From Methanotrichaceae archaeon (GTDB lineage: Archaea; Halobacteriota; Methanosarcinia; Methanotrichales; Methanotrichaceae), in NCBI GenBank assembly GCA_963813075.1, contig CAWEXU010000030.1, forward strand, positions 128,001 to 192,000: a stretch of DNA of 64,000 nt. Reading direction: 5' to 3'. Positions within the stretch are counted from its first letter, which is position 1, and each line of letters opens with the position of its first letter. Made by a program: the position numbers and the translations under genes. Of the stretch, positions 29,345 through 40,604 are shown one piece after another. The notes beneath the pieces are model-generated. The model was given only the letters and a program-made list of their open reading frames with translations. It was not told where the DNA came from and made no database searches.

Positions 29345-31920
29345 CTTCGAACCAGCACTGTGGCATCCTTTGTCTTCAGTATATCCACGGCTTCGCCGGC
29401 GGAGAGGGTCTGGACCTCTACCTCCGCAGCCTCGATCGGAAGCTGGATGATCTCGCCATCCAGCTGGACTGCAATCGAGCCTGCCTCCTTCTGGCGGGCC
29501 ACATCAGCCGGGTCCATGGAGTTCAGAGCGGCTATGATCCGCTGGCTCTTATCTTTAAACCGGGGGCCTATGACCTTCATTTGGGGTTTAACCGCAATGG
29601 GCTTCATCTCCAGCAGGGGATTTCCCGTCCTGCTCTCCACCGGGGAGTTGGCCACCCCGGCCAGGTCCGCGGTCTCCAGGTCAAGGTCGGAGTACACCAC
29701 GATTCCCGGAAGAGGGGAGTTGAGAGCCATTCCCTTCTCTGCCTTATAGCGGCGCAGAGTGGCAGCGACCTCTTTTATCGCCAGGCCGCCTCGGTCTATT
29801 GGCCGATTCAGAGTTACAGGCCAGCTCTGCTCATGGACGCTCTTGCCGGTCAGAGTATGATAAATCTCCTCGGAGAGGAAGGGGGTGAAAGGAGCCATGA
29901 TCCGGGCAAGGGTTTCAAGAGCGGTGAAAAGGGTGTCCTGCGCCGCCCTCTTCTCCGGCCCATCGGAGCCATAGAGCCGGGCCTTGACCAGCTCGATATA
30001 GTTGTCGGCCAGGACATCCCAGGCGAAGGCCCGGATGGCCTTCAGGACCTCATCGAACTGGAATCCGTCCATGGCCTCTGTGGTCTTCTCGACCAGCCGA
30101 TCCAATTCACCCAACAGCCAGCGGTCGACCTGGCCGGGCGCGACATCATTTGGCGCGATCAGGGGCAAAGAGAACCGGAAGATGGACCAGAGCTTCTGCT
30201 GGAATCTGCTGGCGGCAGTTATCTCCTTCCACTGGAATGGTATGTCATTTCCCGGGCTGCCGCCGATCGCCGCCCACTGGCGGAGGGCATCGGCTCCGTT
30301 GCTCTCGAATACCTCCTCCGGGCGGATGAAGTTGTTCAGGGATTTGGACATCTTATGGCCGTCCTCGCCCAGAGCCATGCCGTTGATCAGAATGGCATCC
30401 CAGGGCCGGATCCCTTCCAGGGCTTGTGTCCGGAGGATGGTGTAAAAGGCCCAGGTGCGAATGATGTCGTGCCCCTGCGGCCGGAGCTGGGTGGGCATGC
30501 GCAGATCGGTCCGGTCAGGCCAGCCGGCCACGGCCAGGGCGGAGATGGAGCTGTCCATCCAGGTGTCAAGGACATCCTGCTCTGGAATGAACTCGGTGCT
30601 GCCGCATTTGCATTTCTTCAGAGGCAGGGTCAGGTTGGGGTCCAGGGGGAGCCAGCTCTCCTCCGCCACCAGGGCCTCGTGACACTGGCGGCAGTACCAG
30701 GCGGGTATGGGGGTGGCAAAGATCCTCTGACGGGATATGCACCAGTCCCATTCCATGGAGTCGGCCCAGTTCTCCAGGCGGACGCGCATGTGGGGCGGGA
30801 TCCACTCTATCTCCTCTGCCGTCTTTTTTATCTCCGGGGCATTGATCCGGACAAACCACTGCGGCTCGGAGAGAATCTCAATGGGGGTCTTGCACCGCCA
30901 GCACAGCCCCACATTCTGCTCTAAGGGCTCCTGCCTGAATATTATCCCCTGACTGGTTAGATCCTGAGTGATCCTCTTTTTCGTCTCCTCCACCGATAGG
31001 CCAGCATAAGGTCCGGCGACCGCCATCATCCTGCCGCTGCGGTCGATGGCCTGGCGGAGGGGGAGATGGTGCTCCATCCACCATCTGACATCCTGCTTGT
31101 CCCCGAAGGTGCAGATCATGACGAAACCCGTACCGAAGCTCGAGTCCACCGCCGGGTCGGCAATAACCGGGACCTGATAATCGAATATAGGCACCTTTAC
31201 TGTCTTGCCGATGTACTTTTTATAGCGTTCGTCCTCTGGATTTACCGCCACCGCCACGCAGGCGGGCAGAAGCTCGGGCCGGGAGGTGGCGATCTCGATA
31301 TTGCCGTCCTCGGCACAAAAGTGCATATAATTCAAGGTAGAGGTGCGGGAATCGTACTCCACCTCGGCCAGGGCTATGGCTGTGCCGCAGCGGGGGCACC
31401 AGTTTACCGGATGGTCCTCCCGGTAGATCTGCCCATTCTCATACATGCGCACAAATGAGGTCTGGGTCTTGACATAGTACTCCGGCTTCATGGTGGCATA
31501 CTCATTGGACCAGTCTATAGACAGGCCCAGCCTGCCCATGGACTGGTGGAAGCGCTCGATTGCCTCCTCGGTCAGCTTTTCGCACAGCCTTCTGAACTCC
31601 GCCCGGGGGACCTGGTTCTTGGTGATGTGGTTTAGCTGCTCGACCTTCACCTCGGTGGGCAGGCCGTGGCAGTCCCAGCCCTGGGGGAACATAACATTAT
31701 AGCCTCGCATGCGCTTATAGCGGGCAGCAAAATCTATGTAGCACCAGTTGAGAGCGTTGCCGATATGGAAGTTTCCCGTGGGGTAAGGCGGAGGGGTATC
31801 GATGATATATTGGGGCTTATTCGACTCCCAGTCGAAATAGTAAATGGAACTATCCCAGCTTTTCTCCCATTTTTCTTCTACCTGCTTGAAGTTGTACTCT
31901 TTGGACAGCTCGCTCATCAA
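29341..31920 (-). CDS. valS: Valine-tRNA ligase (archaeal type)
   Basis: DTPPPYPTGNFHIGN, GWDCHGLP, DWCISRQR, LDTWMDS, KMSKS. Confidence 0.97.
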   Translation of the reverse strand: MMSELSKEYNFKQVEEKWEKSWDSSIYYFDWESNKPQYIIDTPPPYPTGNFHIGNALNWCYIDFAARYKRMRGYNVMFPQGWDCHGLPTEVKVEQLNHITKNQVPRAEFRRLCEKLTEEAIERFHQSMGRLGLSIDWSNEYATMKPEYYVKTQTSFVRMYENGQIYREDHPVNWCPRCGTAIALAEVEYDSRTSTLNYMHFCAEDGNIEIATSRPELLPACVAVAVNPEDERYKKYIGKTVKVPIFDYQVPVIADPAVDSSFGTGFVMICTFGDKQDVRWWMEHHLPLRQAIDRSGRMMAVAGPYAGLSVEETKKRITQDLTSQGIIFRQEPLEQNVGLCWRCKTPIEILSEPQWFVRINAPEIKKTAEEIEWIPPHMRVRLENWADSMEWDWCISRQRIFATPIPAWYCRQCHEALVAEESWLPLDPNLTLPLKKCKCGSTEFIPEQDVLDTWMDSSISALAVAGWPDRTDLRMPTQLRPQGHDIIRTWAFYTILRTQALEGIRPWDAILINGMALGEDGHKMSKSLNNFIRPEEVFESNGADALRQWAAIGGSPGNDIPFQWKEITAASRFQQKLWSIFRFSLPLIAPNDVAPGQVDRWLLGELDRLVEKTTEAMDGFQFDEVLKAIRAFAWDVLADNYIELVKARLYGSDGPEKRAAQDTLFTALETLARIMAPFTPFLSEEIYHTLTGKSVHEQSWPVTLNRPIDRGGLAIKEVAATLRRYKAEKGMALNSPLPGIVVYSDLDLETADLAGVANSPVESRTGNPLLEMKPIAVKPQMKVIGPRFKDKSQRIIAALNSMDPADVARQKEAGSIAVQLDGEIIQLPIEAAEVEVQTLSAGEAVDILKTKDATVLVRR

Positions 31921-31994
31921 ATGGCTCCCTGCTATTGGCTGGCTAGGGGGTTGAACACAATGTTAATAGGATTATCGGTGGTAATCATCCTTGA

Positions 31995-32486
31995 ATGGAC
32001 CTATTGATCTATCATGCCAATCAGTGCGACCCCCGGAAGTGTTCAGGAAAGAAGCTGGCCCGCTTTGATCTGGTCCGGCTTACCCATCATATAAACCAGC
32101 TCCGGCCCTACATTGTCCTCAGCCCGTTCTCGGAGAAAGCCCTCTCGCCGGAGGATCGAGGAGCCCGCGGTCTCGCGGCCCTTGACTGCAGCTGGGCCCA
32201 TGCGGAGGAGGTATTCGCCCGGTTCAAGCTGCAGGAGAGGGCTTTGCCTTTTCTGGTGGCTGCCAACCCGGTCAACTGGGGAAAGCCCTTCAAGCTCTCC
32301 ACCGTCGAAGCCCTGGCTGCAGGACTGGTGATCCTGGGAGAGAGGAGTCAGGCCGAGCTGATCCTCTCCAAGTTCAATTGGGGTCACGTCTTCTTAGAGC
32401 TGAACCGCGAGCCATTGGCGGAGTACGCCGCGGCCAGGGATTCGGCGGAGGTGGTCCGGATTCAGAATGAATATATGTCGGAATAG
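31995..32486 (+). CDS. tsr3: rRNA aminocarboxypropyltransferase (DUF367)
   Basis: [45 protein letters not shown]...N. Confidence 0.93.
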   Translation: MDLLIYHANQCDPRKCSGKKLARFDLVRLTHHINQLRPYIVLSPFSEKALSPEDRGARGLAALDCSWAHAEEVFARFKLQERALPFLVAANPVNWGKPFKLSTVEALAAGLVILGERSQAELILSKFNWGHVFLELNREPLAEYAAARDSAEVVRIQNEYMSE

Positions 32487-32513
32487 ATTTAAGGGCCAAA
32501 GGCCCATAATATC

Positions 32514-33029
32514 ATGGTGTTGAAGATGACCGCAGGATTGATTCCGGCAGAAGAATTGCGCAAGCTGCAGATCAGGATGAATAAACTGATGGAGGAGCTG
32601 GGCCTGGATGCTCTCGGATCCAGGTATACCGATGAACTGGAACGGATGCAAAGGCGCATGGGAGACCTGGTGGAGGATGTGGAGGGCCCGAACCTGAAGA
32701 AAGGGGTGATACGGCCCCTGGCCGATGTTCAGGAGACCGATGAGGCATTGGTCGTGACCATGGATATGCCCGGAGTGGAAAAGCAGGATATCGATATCTC
32801 GGTGGTGGAGGATGAGCTGCGAGTCTCGGGCCAAAGAAAGAGCGAGGCGGAGGTAACCGAGCAGGACTACCACCGCCGGGAGAGGACCTACACCCGCTTC
32901 GAGCGAAGGGTGCTCCTGCCGGCCAGCATCAAGTCGGAGGAGGCGCGGGCAACATTGAACAACGGCGTCTTAGAGATCACCCTGCCCAAGGCCTCTGTCC
33001 CGAACCGCAAGCGAATAGTCATCGAATGA
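32514..33029 (+). CDS. Small heat-shock protein (Hsp20)
   Basis: DMPGVEKQDI, RRER...F.R...LP, A.LNNGVLEITLPK, terminal I-x-I. Confidence 0.93.
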   Translation: MVLKMTAGLIPAEELRKLQIRMNKLMEELGLDALGSRYTDELERMQRRMGDLVEDVEGPNLKKGVIRPLADVQETDEALVVTMDMPGVEKQDIDISVVEDELRVSGQRKSEAEVTEQDYHRRERTYTRFERRVLLPASIKSEEARATLNNGVLEITLPKASVPNRKRIVIE

Positions 33030-33079
33030 GGGCTAAGGGCCAATTTCCCCGGTCTTCCTTTTTTGCTTCCCGTTCCCTT

Positions 33080-34294
33080 TTATGGCCCCTCATTCTGGAG
33101 GAGAAGGTGGTGCATTTTGTCTCTCTTGGTCTCCAGGTATCGACGGTTGACATTATTTGGCTCGACCTCTAAAGGCACCCGCTCTGCTATCTTCAGGCCG
33201 TAACCCTCCAGACCGATCACTTTACGCGGGTTGTTGGTCAGGAGGCGCATCTCCTTTATGCCCAGATCGACCAGGATCTGAGCACCAATGCCGTAGTCCC
33301 TGAGGTCAGCAGGATAGCCGAGCTTATGGTTGGCCTCTACTGTATCCGAGCCGCCGTCTTGCAGAGCATATGCTCTTAATTTGTTGGCCAGACCTATACC
33401 CCTCCCCTCCTGGCGCATATAAAGGAGGACGCCATTGCCGTTCTCGGCTATGAGCTGCTGGGCCCGGCGAAGCTGCTCGCCACAGTCGCACCGTTTTGAG
33501 GAGAAGACGTCCCCAGTGAGGCACTCGGAGTGCACTCTGACCAGGGCATCAGGGCAGCTGGGGTCTCCGGCCACCAGGGCGATATGGCACTGGCCGTCCA
33601 GGATGGACTCATAGCCTACCGCCCTGAAGTCGCCATAAGCTGTTGGCATGATCACCTCGGAGATCCTCGAGATCAGCTTCTCATACTGCATCCGATAGCG
33701 TATCAGGCTCTCGATGGTCAGCATCTTCAGGCCGTGCTCCTGGGCGAACTTCTCCAGCTCTGGCAGACGGGCCATGGTGCCGTCATCGTTCATGATCTCC
33801 ACAATCACCCCCGCTGGCTGGAGCCCTGCCAGCCGGGCCAGGTCGACGCAGGCCTCCGTATGCCCCGTCCGCCTGAGCACCCCTCCCTCCTTGGCCTGCA
33901 GAGGAAAGAGGTGGCCAGGAGTGACAAGGTCGCTCCTTCCGGTATTGGGATCGATCAGGGCATGCACAGTCGTCGCCCGGTCGAATGCGGAGATGCCGGT
34001 GGTGGTATTGATCCTGGCATCCACCGATACAGTGAAAGCCGTGCCCATGGACTCGGTGTTCTGGCTGGTCATCAGGGGAACGTCCAGCTCGCGAAGGCGT
34101 TGGGCGGTCATCGGCATGCAGATCAGGCCCCGGCCAAAACGGGCCATGAAGTTGATGGCCTCCGGGGTCACATTCTCCGCGGCCATCATCAGGTCTCCCT
34201 CGTTCTCCCGGTTCTCATCGTCCAGGATTATTATGAAGCGGCCGGCGCGGATTTCCGCTATTGCCTCCTCTACAGTGCAAAATGGCATATGCAC
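33080..34294 (-). CDS. ribBA: Bifunctional DHBP synthase / GTP cyclohydrolase II
   Basis: [55 protein letters not shown]. Confidence 0.96.
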   Translation of the reverse strand: MHMPFCTVEEAIAEIRAGRFIIILDDENRENEGDLMMAAENVTPEAINFMARFGRGLICMPMTAQRLRELDVPLMTSQNTESMGTAFTVSVDARINTTTGISAFDRATTVHALIDPNTGRSDLVTPGHLFPLQAKEGGVLRRTGHTEACVDLARLAGLQPAGVIVEIMNDDGTMARLPELEKFAQEHGLKMLTIESLIRYRMQYEKLISRISEVIMPTAYGDFRAVGYESILDGQCHIALVAGDPSCPDALVRVHSECLTGDVFSSKRCDCGEQLRRAQQLIAENGNGVLLYMRQEGRGIGLANKLRAYALQDGGSDTVEANHKLGYPADLRDYGIGAQILVDLGIKEMRLLTNNPRKVIGLEGYGLKIAERVPLEVEPNNVNRRYLETKRDKMHHLLLQNEGP

Positions 34295-34326
34295 AAAGGT
34301 TTATGCGGTCTGATATTAAGATTTTG

Positions 34327-35346
34327 TCAGGACCACACTCCCGCCACCGCCGCTTTGCAGTTGGGGCAGTGCCCTTCCACCACCGAGTTTTTCATGATAT
34401 GGTATCCACGGCGTTCGATAAGGGTATTGCCGCAGGCCGGACATATGGTGCTCTCGCTCTCTCCGAGGATGTTTCCGGCATAAACGTACTTCAAACCCGC
34501 TTCGTGTCCTATGTCCAGGGCTCTTTTTATCGATTCTATTCCTGTGGGTGGGGCATCCAGCAACCTGTAGGTGGGGTAAAAAGCAGAGACGTGCCAGGGG
34601 ATATCCCGGCTGACCCCGGCCAGGAACTGGGCGATATCTGCCAGCACCTCAACTGAATCATTGTAGCCCGGGATGACCAGGGTTGTGACCTCCACCCAGA
34701 CCCCTGCCCGCCAGAACCTCTCGATGTTGCTCTTTACCGGCTCTTGCTTTGCCTTGCACACCTTGCGGTAAAACCGGTCGTCTCCCTTCAGGTCAATGTT
34801 AATGCCGTCAAGCAGGGGAATGATCCTGTCACCGGCCTCCTGGCCGATATAGCCGTTGCTGACGAAGACATTGCGCAGTTTGGAGGCGCGAGCAAGTCTG
34901 GCCACATCATAAGCGTACTCAAAGAAGATGGTGGGCTCGGTATAGGTATAGGCAATGGACTGGCAACCTCTGGAGATTGCCGCTGCCACCACCTCCTCCG
35001 GAGGAACATAATTGCCCGGCAGTTTGCCGGTCTCCTGGGGGAGCTGGGAGATATCCGCGTTCTGGCAGTGTAGACAACGGAAGTTGCAGCCCACGGTGGC
35101 TATGGAGTAGGCCAGGCTGCCGGGAAGGAAATGAAAGAACGGCTTCTTTTCAATGGGGTCCATATTGGCAGCAATGAGGTTTCCATAGACCAGTGTCATC
35201 AGTTTCCCATTCTGATTCTCACGAACTGCGCATATCCCTCTCTTGCCGGGACGGATGTGGCAGCTCTGATGGCAGAGGCTGCAGTCCACGTCCTCAGACT
35301 CCAGGTCCAGCCTCTTCCAGAATTGGGCCTCTCGAGTGCTCATCAT
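34327..35346 (-). CDS. amrS: AmmeMemoRadiSam system radical SAM enzyme
   Basis: C.LC...C, DPIEKKP.FHF.PG, GCNFRCLHCQN, YTYTEP. Confidence 0.9.
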   Translation of the reverse strand: MMSTREAQFWKRLDLESEDVDCSLCHQSCHIRPGKRGICAVRENQNGKLMTLVYGNLIAANMDPIEKKPFFHFLPGSLAYSIATVGCNFRCLHCQNADISQLPQETGKLPGNYVPPEEVVAAAISRGCQSIAYTYTEPTIFFEYAYDVARLARASKLRNVFVSNGYIGQEAGDRIIPLLDGINIDLKGDDRFYRKVCKAKQEPVKSNIERFWRAGVWVEVTTLVIPGYNDSVEVLADIAQFLAGVSRDIPWHVSAFYPTYRLLDAPPTGIESIKRALDIGHEAGLKYVYAGNILGESESTICPACGNTLIERRGYHIMKNSVVEGHCPNCKAAVAGVWS

Positions 35347-35577
35347 AGACTATTCACCACCTAATCTGCCTTAGTATATGTGGATACCAGATGTAATACT
35401 TATTCATGGCCGATCAGGCGCTACTCAATTGGAATCCTGCAGACCAGGATAATAGTAGAGCAGCGAATGTGGCAATATAACGAGAGAAAAACCGCAGACC
35501 ACAAGAAAATCTGAATATAACTCAGGCGAAAAAAGAGATAGTTCTGGAGAGCCTTAGCCCTCCAGCTATTTGGTCTT

Positions 35578-37695
35578 TCAGTCTCTCCTGCTAAGGACGA
35601 GGTAGGCAACTGCCAGAAGGCCAGTCAGAGCGAAGATGCTGCCAAATCCGGGTGTGACGTTGGTGGCTGCCTCAGCAGCTTCCTCAGCCTCGGCTTCGGC
35701 TGCAGCTACATCTTCTGTGGCTTCTTCAACAGCGGTTTCGGCTTCAGCTACCGTCTCTTTGGCTTCCTCAACGGCTACTTCGGCCTCTTCTACGGCTTCC
35801 TCAGCAGCAGCAGCAGCGACTGGAGCGGCGGCAGCGGGCTCAACCTCTTCGGTTGCGTTCTCGTCTGCGACACCATCTCCCTCGATGGTTACTGCCTTGT
35901 AGATGTAGTATCTGAGCTCATCGGCGTCAGCGGTCCTGATGGCCACACCAGGCATGAGGCTGATATCCTTGTTCTTGCTGAGGGTGATATCGTTGTCCTC
36001 ATTGTTCATGGTGACGGTATCAGCGGTGACCGTCTGGATGGTCATCTTATCGTACTCGGTGTTCTCAGAGACGTCCTTGGGGGTGTCAGAGAGCTGCCAC
36101 AGTCCATCAACGGTTGCCAGGTTCTGGTCAGCGCCGCGGAAGGCGTTCTTGAAGTGAGCAGCGACGAGCACTACATCCTTGGAGTCGCCGATATCCTTCT
36201 TGTAGTAGTAGGTCTTGTCCTTCATGTCGGCATTGTCGGCAGATGGGGAGATGACCTTGCTGTCAACGACCTCTCCGTCCTTGTGGAGCTCGAGGTAAAC
36301 CTTGTTACCATCGATATCAATGGACTGGATGGCCAGTTCGTAGCCCTCTTCCATAGCCAGAGGTGTGCCGGAGGTAACGGTTCTCTCATCATCGTTGTCC
36401 ACCAGGATCTGGAGGACCTGTTCATCGGAGAGAACATTCTCGTCGTCAGACTCCTCGAAGAGGACATCATTGGTGCTGTCCGCGGTGTCAAGGTATCCAG
36501 CGAAGTACTTGTCGGCCATGAAGCCGATCACATTGAAGGATCCCCATTCCTCGAACTCGAAGTCATCCTTCTGAGCGGTGGTGGTGTAGGTGACGCCATC
36601 GGGCTCCAGGAGCTTGTTGCCCTCAGAGATAGTGGCGGTCAGCTCTTCGGTCTTGATGTTGTCATCGATATCGTAGTAGAATCCAGCGAAGTTATCAGCG
36701 GTCCAGGTGTAGGTGTCAGTGGCCACATTGCCCCTCAGCTCATAGTCCCCGGCCTCGGTGATATCCTTGTAGATGTAGTATCTGAGCTCATCGGCATCAG
36801 CGGTCCTGATAGCGATGCCAGGCATGAGGCTGATATCCTTGTTCTTGCTGAGAGTGATATCGTTGTCCTCATTGTTCATCATGATGCTGTTGGCGGTGAC
36901 CGTCTGGATGGTCATCTTGTCGTACTCGGTGTTCTCAGAGACATCCTTGGGGGCGTCAGAGAGCTGCCACAGTCCATCAACGGTTGCCAGGTTCTGGTCA
37001 GCGCCGCGGAAGGCGTTCTTGAAGTGAGCAGCGACGATGACTACATCCTTGGAGTCGCCGATATCCATCTTGTAGTAGTAGGTCTTGTCCTTCATTCCAG
37101 CGTTGTCGGCGGATGGGGAGATGACCTTGCTGTCAACAACAGCTCCGTCCTTGCTGAGCTCGAGGTAAACCTTGTTACCATCGATATCAATGGACTGGAT
37201 GGCCAGCTCGTAACCCTCTTCCATAGCCAGAGGTGTGCCAGAGGTGACGGTTCTCTCATCATCGTTGTCCACCAGGATCTGGAGGACCTGCTCATCGGAA
37301 AGGACATTCTCGTCGTCAGACTCCTCGAAGAGCACATCATTGGTGCTGTCCGCGGTGTCAAGGTATCCAGCGAAGTACTTCTCGGCCATGAAGCCGATGA
37401 CATTGAAGGATCCCCATTCCTCGAACTCGAATTCGTCCTGCTGAGCGCTGGTGGTGTATGTGACGCCATCAGGCTCGAGGAGCTTGTTGCCTTCGGATAC
37501 GGTTGTTGTCAGTTCCTCGGTCTTGATGTTGTCATCAAGATCATAGTAGAAGCCGGCAAAGTCGTCTGCTGTCCAGGTGGCGCCTTCTGTGGCGACCTTC
37601 CCGCGGACCTCGACACTGTCAGCCGCTCCTACTGCCATCGCTGTTGCTAATAATAGCACCATCGATGTAAATGTAATTGCAGCTAATTTCTTCAT
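35578..37695 (-). CDS. Major S-layer protein (tandem duplicated S-layer domains, PGF-CTERM)
   Basis: Signal peptide; two ~290-aa repeats (FAGFYYD.DD); A/E-rich stalk; TPGF-TM-RR; strong codon bias. Confidence 0.9.
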   Translation of the reverse strand: MKKLAAITFTSMVLLLATAMAVGAADSVEVRGKVATEGATWTADDFAGFYYDLDDNIKTEELTTTVSEGNKLLEPDGVTYTTSAQQDEFEFEEWGSFNVIGFMAEKYFAGYLDTADSTNDVLFEESDDENVLSDEQVLQILVDNDDERTVTSGTPLAMEEGYELAIQSIDIDGNKVYLELSKDGAVVDSKVISPSADNAGMKDKTYYYKMDIGDSKDVVIVAAHFKNAFRGADQNLATVDGLWQLSDAPKDVSENTEYDKMTIQTVTANSIMMNNEDNDITLSKNKDISLMPGIAIRTADADELRYYIYKDITEAGDYELRGNVATDTYTWTADNFAGFYYDIDDNIKTEELTATISEGNKLLEPDGVTYTTTAQKDDFEFEEWGSFNVIGFMADKYFAGYLDTADSTNDVLFEESDDENVLSDEQVLQILVDNDDERTVTSGTPLAMEEGYELAIQSIDIDGNKVYLELHKDGEVVDSKVISPSADNADMKDKTYYYKKDIGDSKDVVLVAAHFKNAFRGADQNLATVDGLWQLSDTPKDVSENTEYDKMTIQTVTADTVTMNNEDNDITLSKNKDISLMPGVAIRTADADELRYYIYKAVTIEGDGVADENATEEVEPAAAAPVAAAAAEEAVEEAEVAVEEAKETVAEAETAVEEATEDVAAAEAEAEEAAEAATNVTPGFGSIFALTGLLAVAYLVLSRRD
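35896..37610. repeat. Intragenic direct repeat with 870-bp period
   Basis: AGATGTAGTATCTGAGCTCATCGGC at 35901 and 36771; long near-identical stretches throughout. Confidence 0.92.
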
Positions 37696-38228
37696 CTTTT
37701 AACCTCCTATTTACCCTTCATGATCACTTTCAGCAGCATACAGTCTGATTATTCTTAAAACTATTGCCTGAATAACGTCTCGAACCGCCCGCTAAAGGCA
37801 TGGCGCATGGTATCTCCTGCATTGCCATTGCTTTCGAGCGCATTTCTGACATGTGTATAGCTACGTCACCCTCCTAATCCCAAAATGGGACTATAGGGTA
37901 GTGATAGAGTATTTCCCTATTATATCTTTTTTGGTCACTGTTAGCAGCTTGGTGCCGGTCTTCCCTATTCTGAGAAGGCTATTCGACCAAAGAGCTTTCC
38001 AAGGCTCAAGGCCTGCATTATCATACCTCCTTAAAAGCTTATTCTTTGGGATCAAAAATCCCAGCGGAATTTTTGGCTATAACATGATGTATGCATTCAT
38101 CTGTATGCACCAACGGGGTTCGCATTAAATGAATCGATGATGTGGGAAAAAGCACTATCTTAGGGTATATTGAAAATTTTTGATATGGAGGGAAAACCGT
38201 TTTACAGCAGGCATTCGTATATGCGAAT

Positions 38229-39248
38229 ATGAGCGATAGGAAATTCGCCCTGATCTATCATCCCATCTATCTGGAGCACGATACCGATGGCCATCCAGAG
38301 AGAAAGGAACGCCTGACGGCAATCCTGGATAGAGTAGAATCCGAGGGTCTGGATATAGAATACATTACTCCAAGATACGCGACAATCGAGCAGGTCCAGA
38401 CGATACACGGACAGAAGTATATCGATCAGGTGAGAACCATCTGCGAGCAGGGCGGCGGCCACCTCGATATTGACACTGTCCTCTCCAAGGACTCTTATGA
38501 TGCTGCCCTGATGGCCGCAGGAGGAGCCATTGCCGCGGTGGATGCGGTAATTGATGGACATCGTGGAGCCTTTGCTCTGGTCAGGCCCCCGGGCCACCAT
38601 GCCATGGCCAATCGCGGCATGGGCTTTTGCATCTTCAATAACGTGGCCATAGCGGCGAAGCATGCTCAGGCCAGAGGTCTGGAGAAGGTTCTGATCGTGG
38701 ACTGGGATGTTCACCATGGAAATGGGACCAATGCCATATTCTACTCCGACCGCTCGGTGCTGTACTTCTCCACCCACCAGTTTCCCCACTATCCGGGCAC
38801 CGGCAGAATGGACGATGTGGGAGAAGATGGCGCTCAGGGAACCAAAGTGAACGTGCCCCTGCCCTCTGGAACTGGGGACGAGGGCTATCTGATGGCCTAC
38901 CGGGAGATCCTGTTGCCCATTGCCCTTGAGTTCTCGCCAGATATCGTCCTGGTCTCAGCGGGCCAGGACCCGCATAAAGATGATCCTCTGGGCGGGATGG
39001 GCCTCACTGCCAGCGGATTTGCCGCCATCGCCGGAGTGGTGGCCCAGGTCGCAGATCTCTGTTCAAATGGAAGGGTGGCTGCCGTTCTGGAGGGAGGCTA
39101 CAACCTCTCCGCCCAGGCGGAGGCTGTTGTGGCCCAGATCAGGGCATTTCAAGGGGATGTGCCGGAGATAGGAGGATTCGACCCCAAGGTCGCCCGGCGG
39201 ATAGATGAGATAAAGAGCATCCAGAAAGCCTACTGGAAGTGCTTCTAA
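38229..39248 (+). CDS. Histone deacetylase family protein
   Basis: HPE, RPPGHHA, GFCIFNN, DWDVHHGNGT, YPGTG, DPLG, LEGGY. Confidence 0.93.
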   Translation: MSDRKFALIYHPIYLEHDTDGHPERKERLTAILDRVESEGLDIEYITPRYATIEQVQTIHGQKYIDQVRTICEQGGGHLDIDTVLSKDSYDAALMAAGGAIAAVDAVIDGHRGAFALVRPPGHHAMANRGMGFCIFNNVAIAAKHAQARGLEKVLIVDWDVHHGNGTNAIFYSDRSVLYFSTHQFPHYPGTGRMDDVGEDGAQGTKVNVPLPSGTGDEGYLMAYREILLPIALEFSPDIVLVSAGQDPHKDDPLGGMGLTASGFAAIAGVVAQVADLCSNGRVAAVLEGGYNLSAQAEAVVAQIRAFQGDVPEIGGFDPKVARRIDEIKSIQKAYWKCF

Positions 39249-39283
39249 CCCGGGCAAAAAAATCGATCGGCTATCAATAGCTC

Positions 39284-40597
39284 TCAATATATCGGGGCCC
39301 GAAATTCAAGGTATTGGGCCAGAAATATCCTGAACTCCCGATCCCCGATCTTTAGGATCTCCTGGCCGGCATATATCGTATGCCCTCTGCGAATGGCTCC
39401 GGAGAGGTGCTTACCCAGGGAGAGCCCCTCCAGTTCTGCTGCCAGGAGATCCTGAGCCCGGGTATATTTGCGAGATTCCTCCACCACCACCTTGCCCTCG
39501 TTGACATAAGGCCCGGCCAGGGGATGGGGATGGGCAGCCAGGAAGCGGGCTGCATGCTCTGCCTCCCAGACGGGCGGCCCTGAGCGGCGGACAGCTTTGG
39601 ACAGCTCCCAGACCTCCATCTCAAAGAGCATCACCGCCCTGTCGCGATAGGCGAGGACATCGCTGCGCAGAACCAAGAAGCCGTTTCGAGTCAAGAGCGC
39701 CCGGATGGACTCTTCTGCTTTGCGCAGCTGGGGGTAGAGGACATCCTCCACCACATCCGGAGCCTGAAACTGGAGGATGATGGGCATTGTTCCTCGCGCA
39801 TCCATTCTGGATTGGACCTTTTCATCGGAGAGGGGCTCGTGCTCGGGAGGGAAGAAAAAATCCAGGTGGGGTCGGGCGAGAAAGGAACGGGCCGCGGCAC
39901 TGAACAGGAGCATCTTGTCCAGGGTCAGGGCTGCGGCCACATTCCGGTTGGGGTCCACCGGGTCTACCACCGTCAAAGGCTCATCATGCAACTTCGTTCT
40001 CTTTCCCTCCAGCTCCAGGAAGGTATTGGGCCTCCAGAGGGATGCGGCGCGGAGGACAGCGGGAAAGGAGCGGTAGAGTATCACCAGCAGCTCCGCCAGG
40101 TAGCCGGAAAAGCCGCCCGTCTTCAGTTCCGAGCCATAGACCCCGATTCCCTTGAGAAACTGCTTCAAAAGCAGGACCTCATCCTCCAGGCCACTGATCC
40201 TGGAGACGACATATCTGTTGTGGAAGGGGGTTCTGTCCACCGCCGACTTCAGCTGGCTGGCATCATCGACCAGATAGCAGGGGACCAGATCCACCTCATA
40301 GCCGTCCATCCGGGCATGGACATAGGGATGCTCGGCATACCTCTCCTCGTGCTCCGGAGCAGCCAGCCTGGCCAGATTCATGGCTTGGTCCAGGTCGCCC
40401 TTCTCCGGCACACCCAAAAATATGTCCAGATCATGGTCCTGGGCCAGCCAGGTGCCTCTGGCCGCAGAGCCCACCAGCATAACCTCAAGGGTCATGCCCA
40501 GCTCATCCGCCAGGCGCTCGATTTCTGCGATGATCTCTTTGGAGACGACTCGAAGCCTCTCCTTCTCCGCCGGGCTGGGCCGGACCCGGCTCAGCAC
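39284..40597 (-). CDS. cca: CCA-adding enzyme (class I, archaeal)
   Basis: VGSAARGTWL..DHDLD, YAEHPY, SAVDRTPFH, GFSGYLAEL, DPVDPNRNVA. Confidence 0.95.
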   Translation of the reverse strand: MLSRVRPSPAEKERLRVVSKEIIAEIERLADELGMTLEVMLVGSAARGTWLAQDHDLDIFLGVPEKGDLDQAMNLARLAAPEHEERYAEHPYVHARMDGYEVDLVPCYLVDDASQLKSAVDRTPFHNRYVVSRISGLEDEVLLLKQFLKGIGVYGSELKTGGFSGYLAELLVILYRSFPAVLRAASLWRPNTFLELEGKRTKLHDEPLTVVDPVDPNRNVAAALTLDKMLLFSAAARSFLARPHLDFFFPPEHEPLSDEKVQSRMDARGTMPIILQFQAPDVVEDVLYPQLRKAEESIRALLTRNGFLVLRSDVLAYRDRAVMLFEMEVWELSKAVRRSGPPVWEAEHAARFLAAHPHPLAGPYVNEGKVVVEESRKYTRAQDLLAAELEGLSLGKHLSGAIRRGHTIYAGQEILKIGDREFRIFLAQYLEFRAPIY

Positions 40598-40604
40598 CGA
40601 TTCT

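Noticed and set aside
29581..30924. 447-aa plus-strand ORF
   Set aside because: Antisense to valS
36154..37650. 498-aa plus-strand ORF
   Set aside because: Antisense shadow of the codon-biased S-layer gene; no independent motifs
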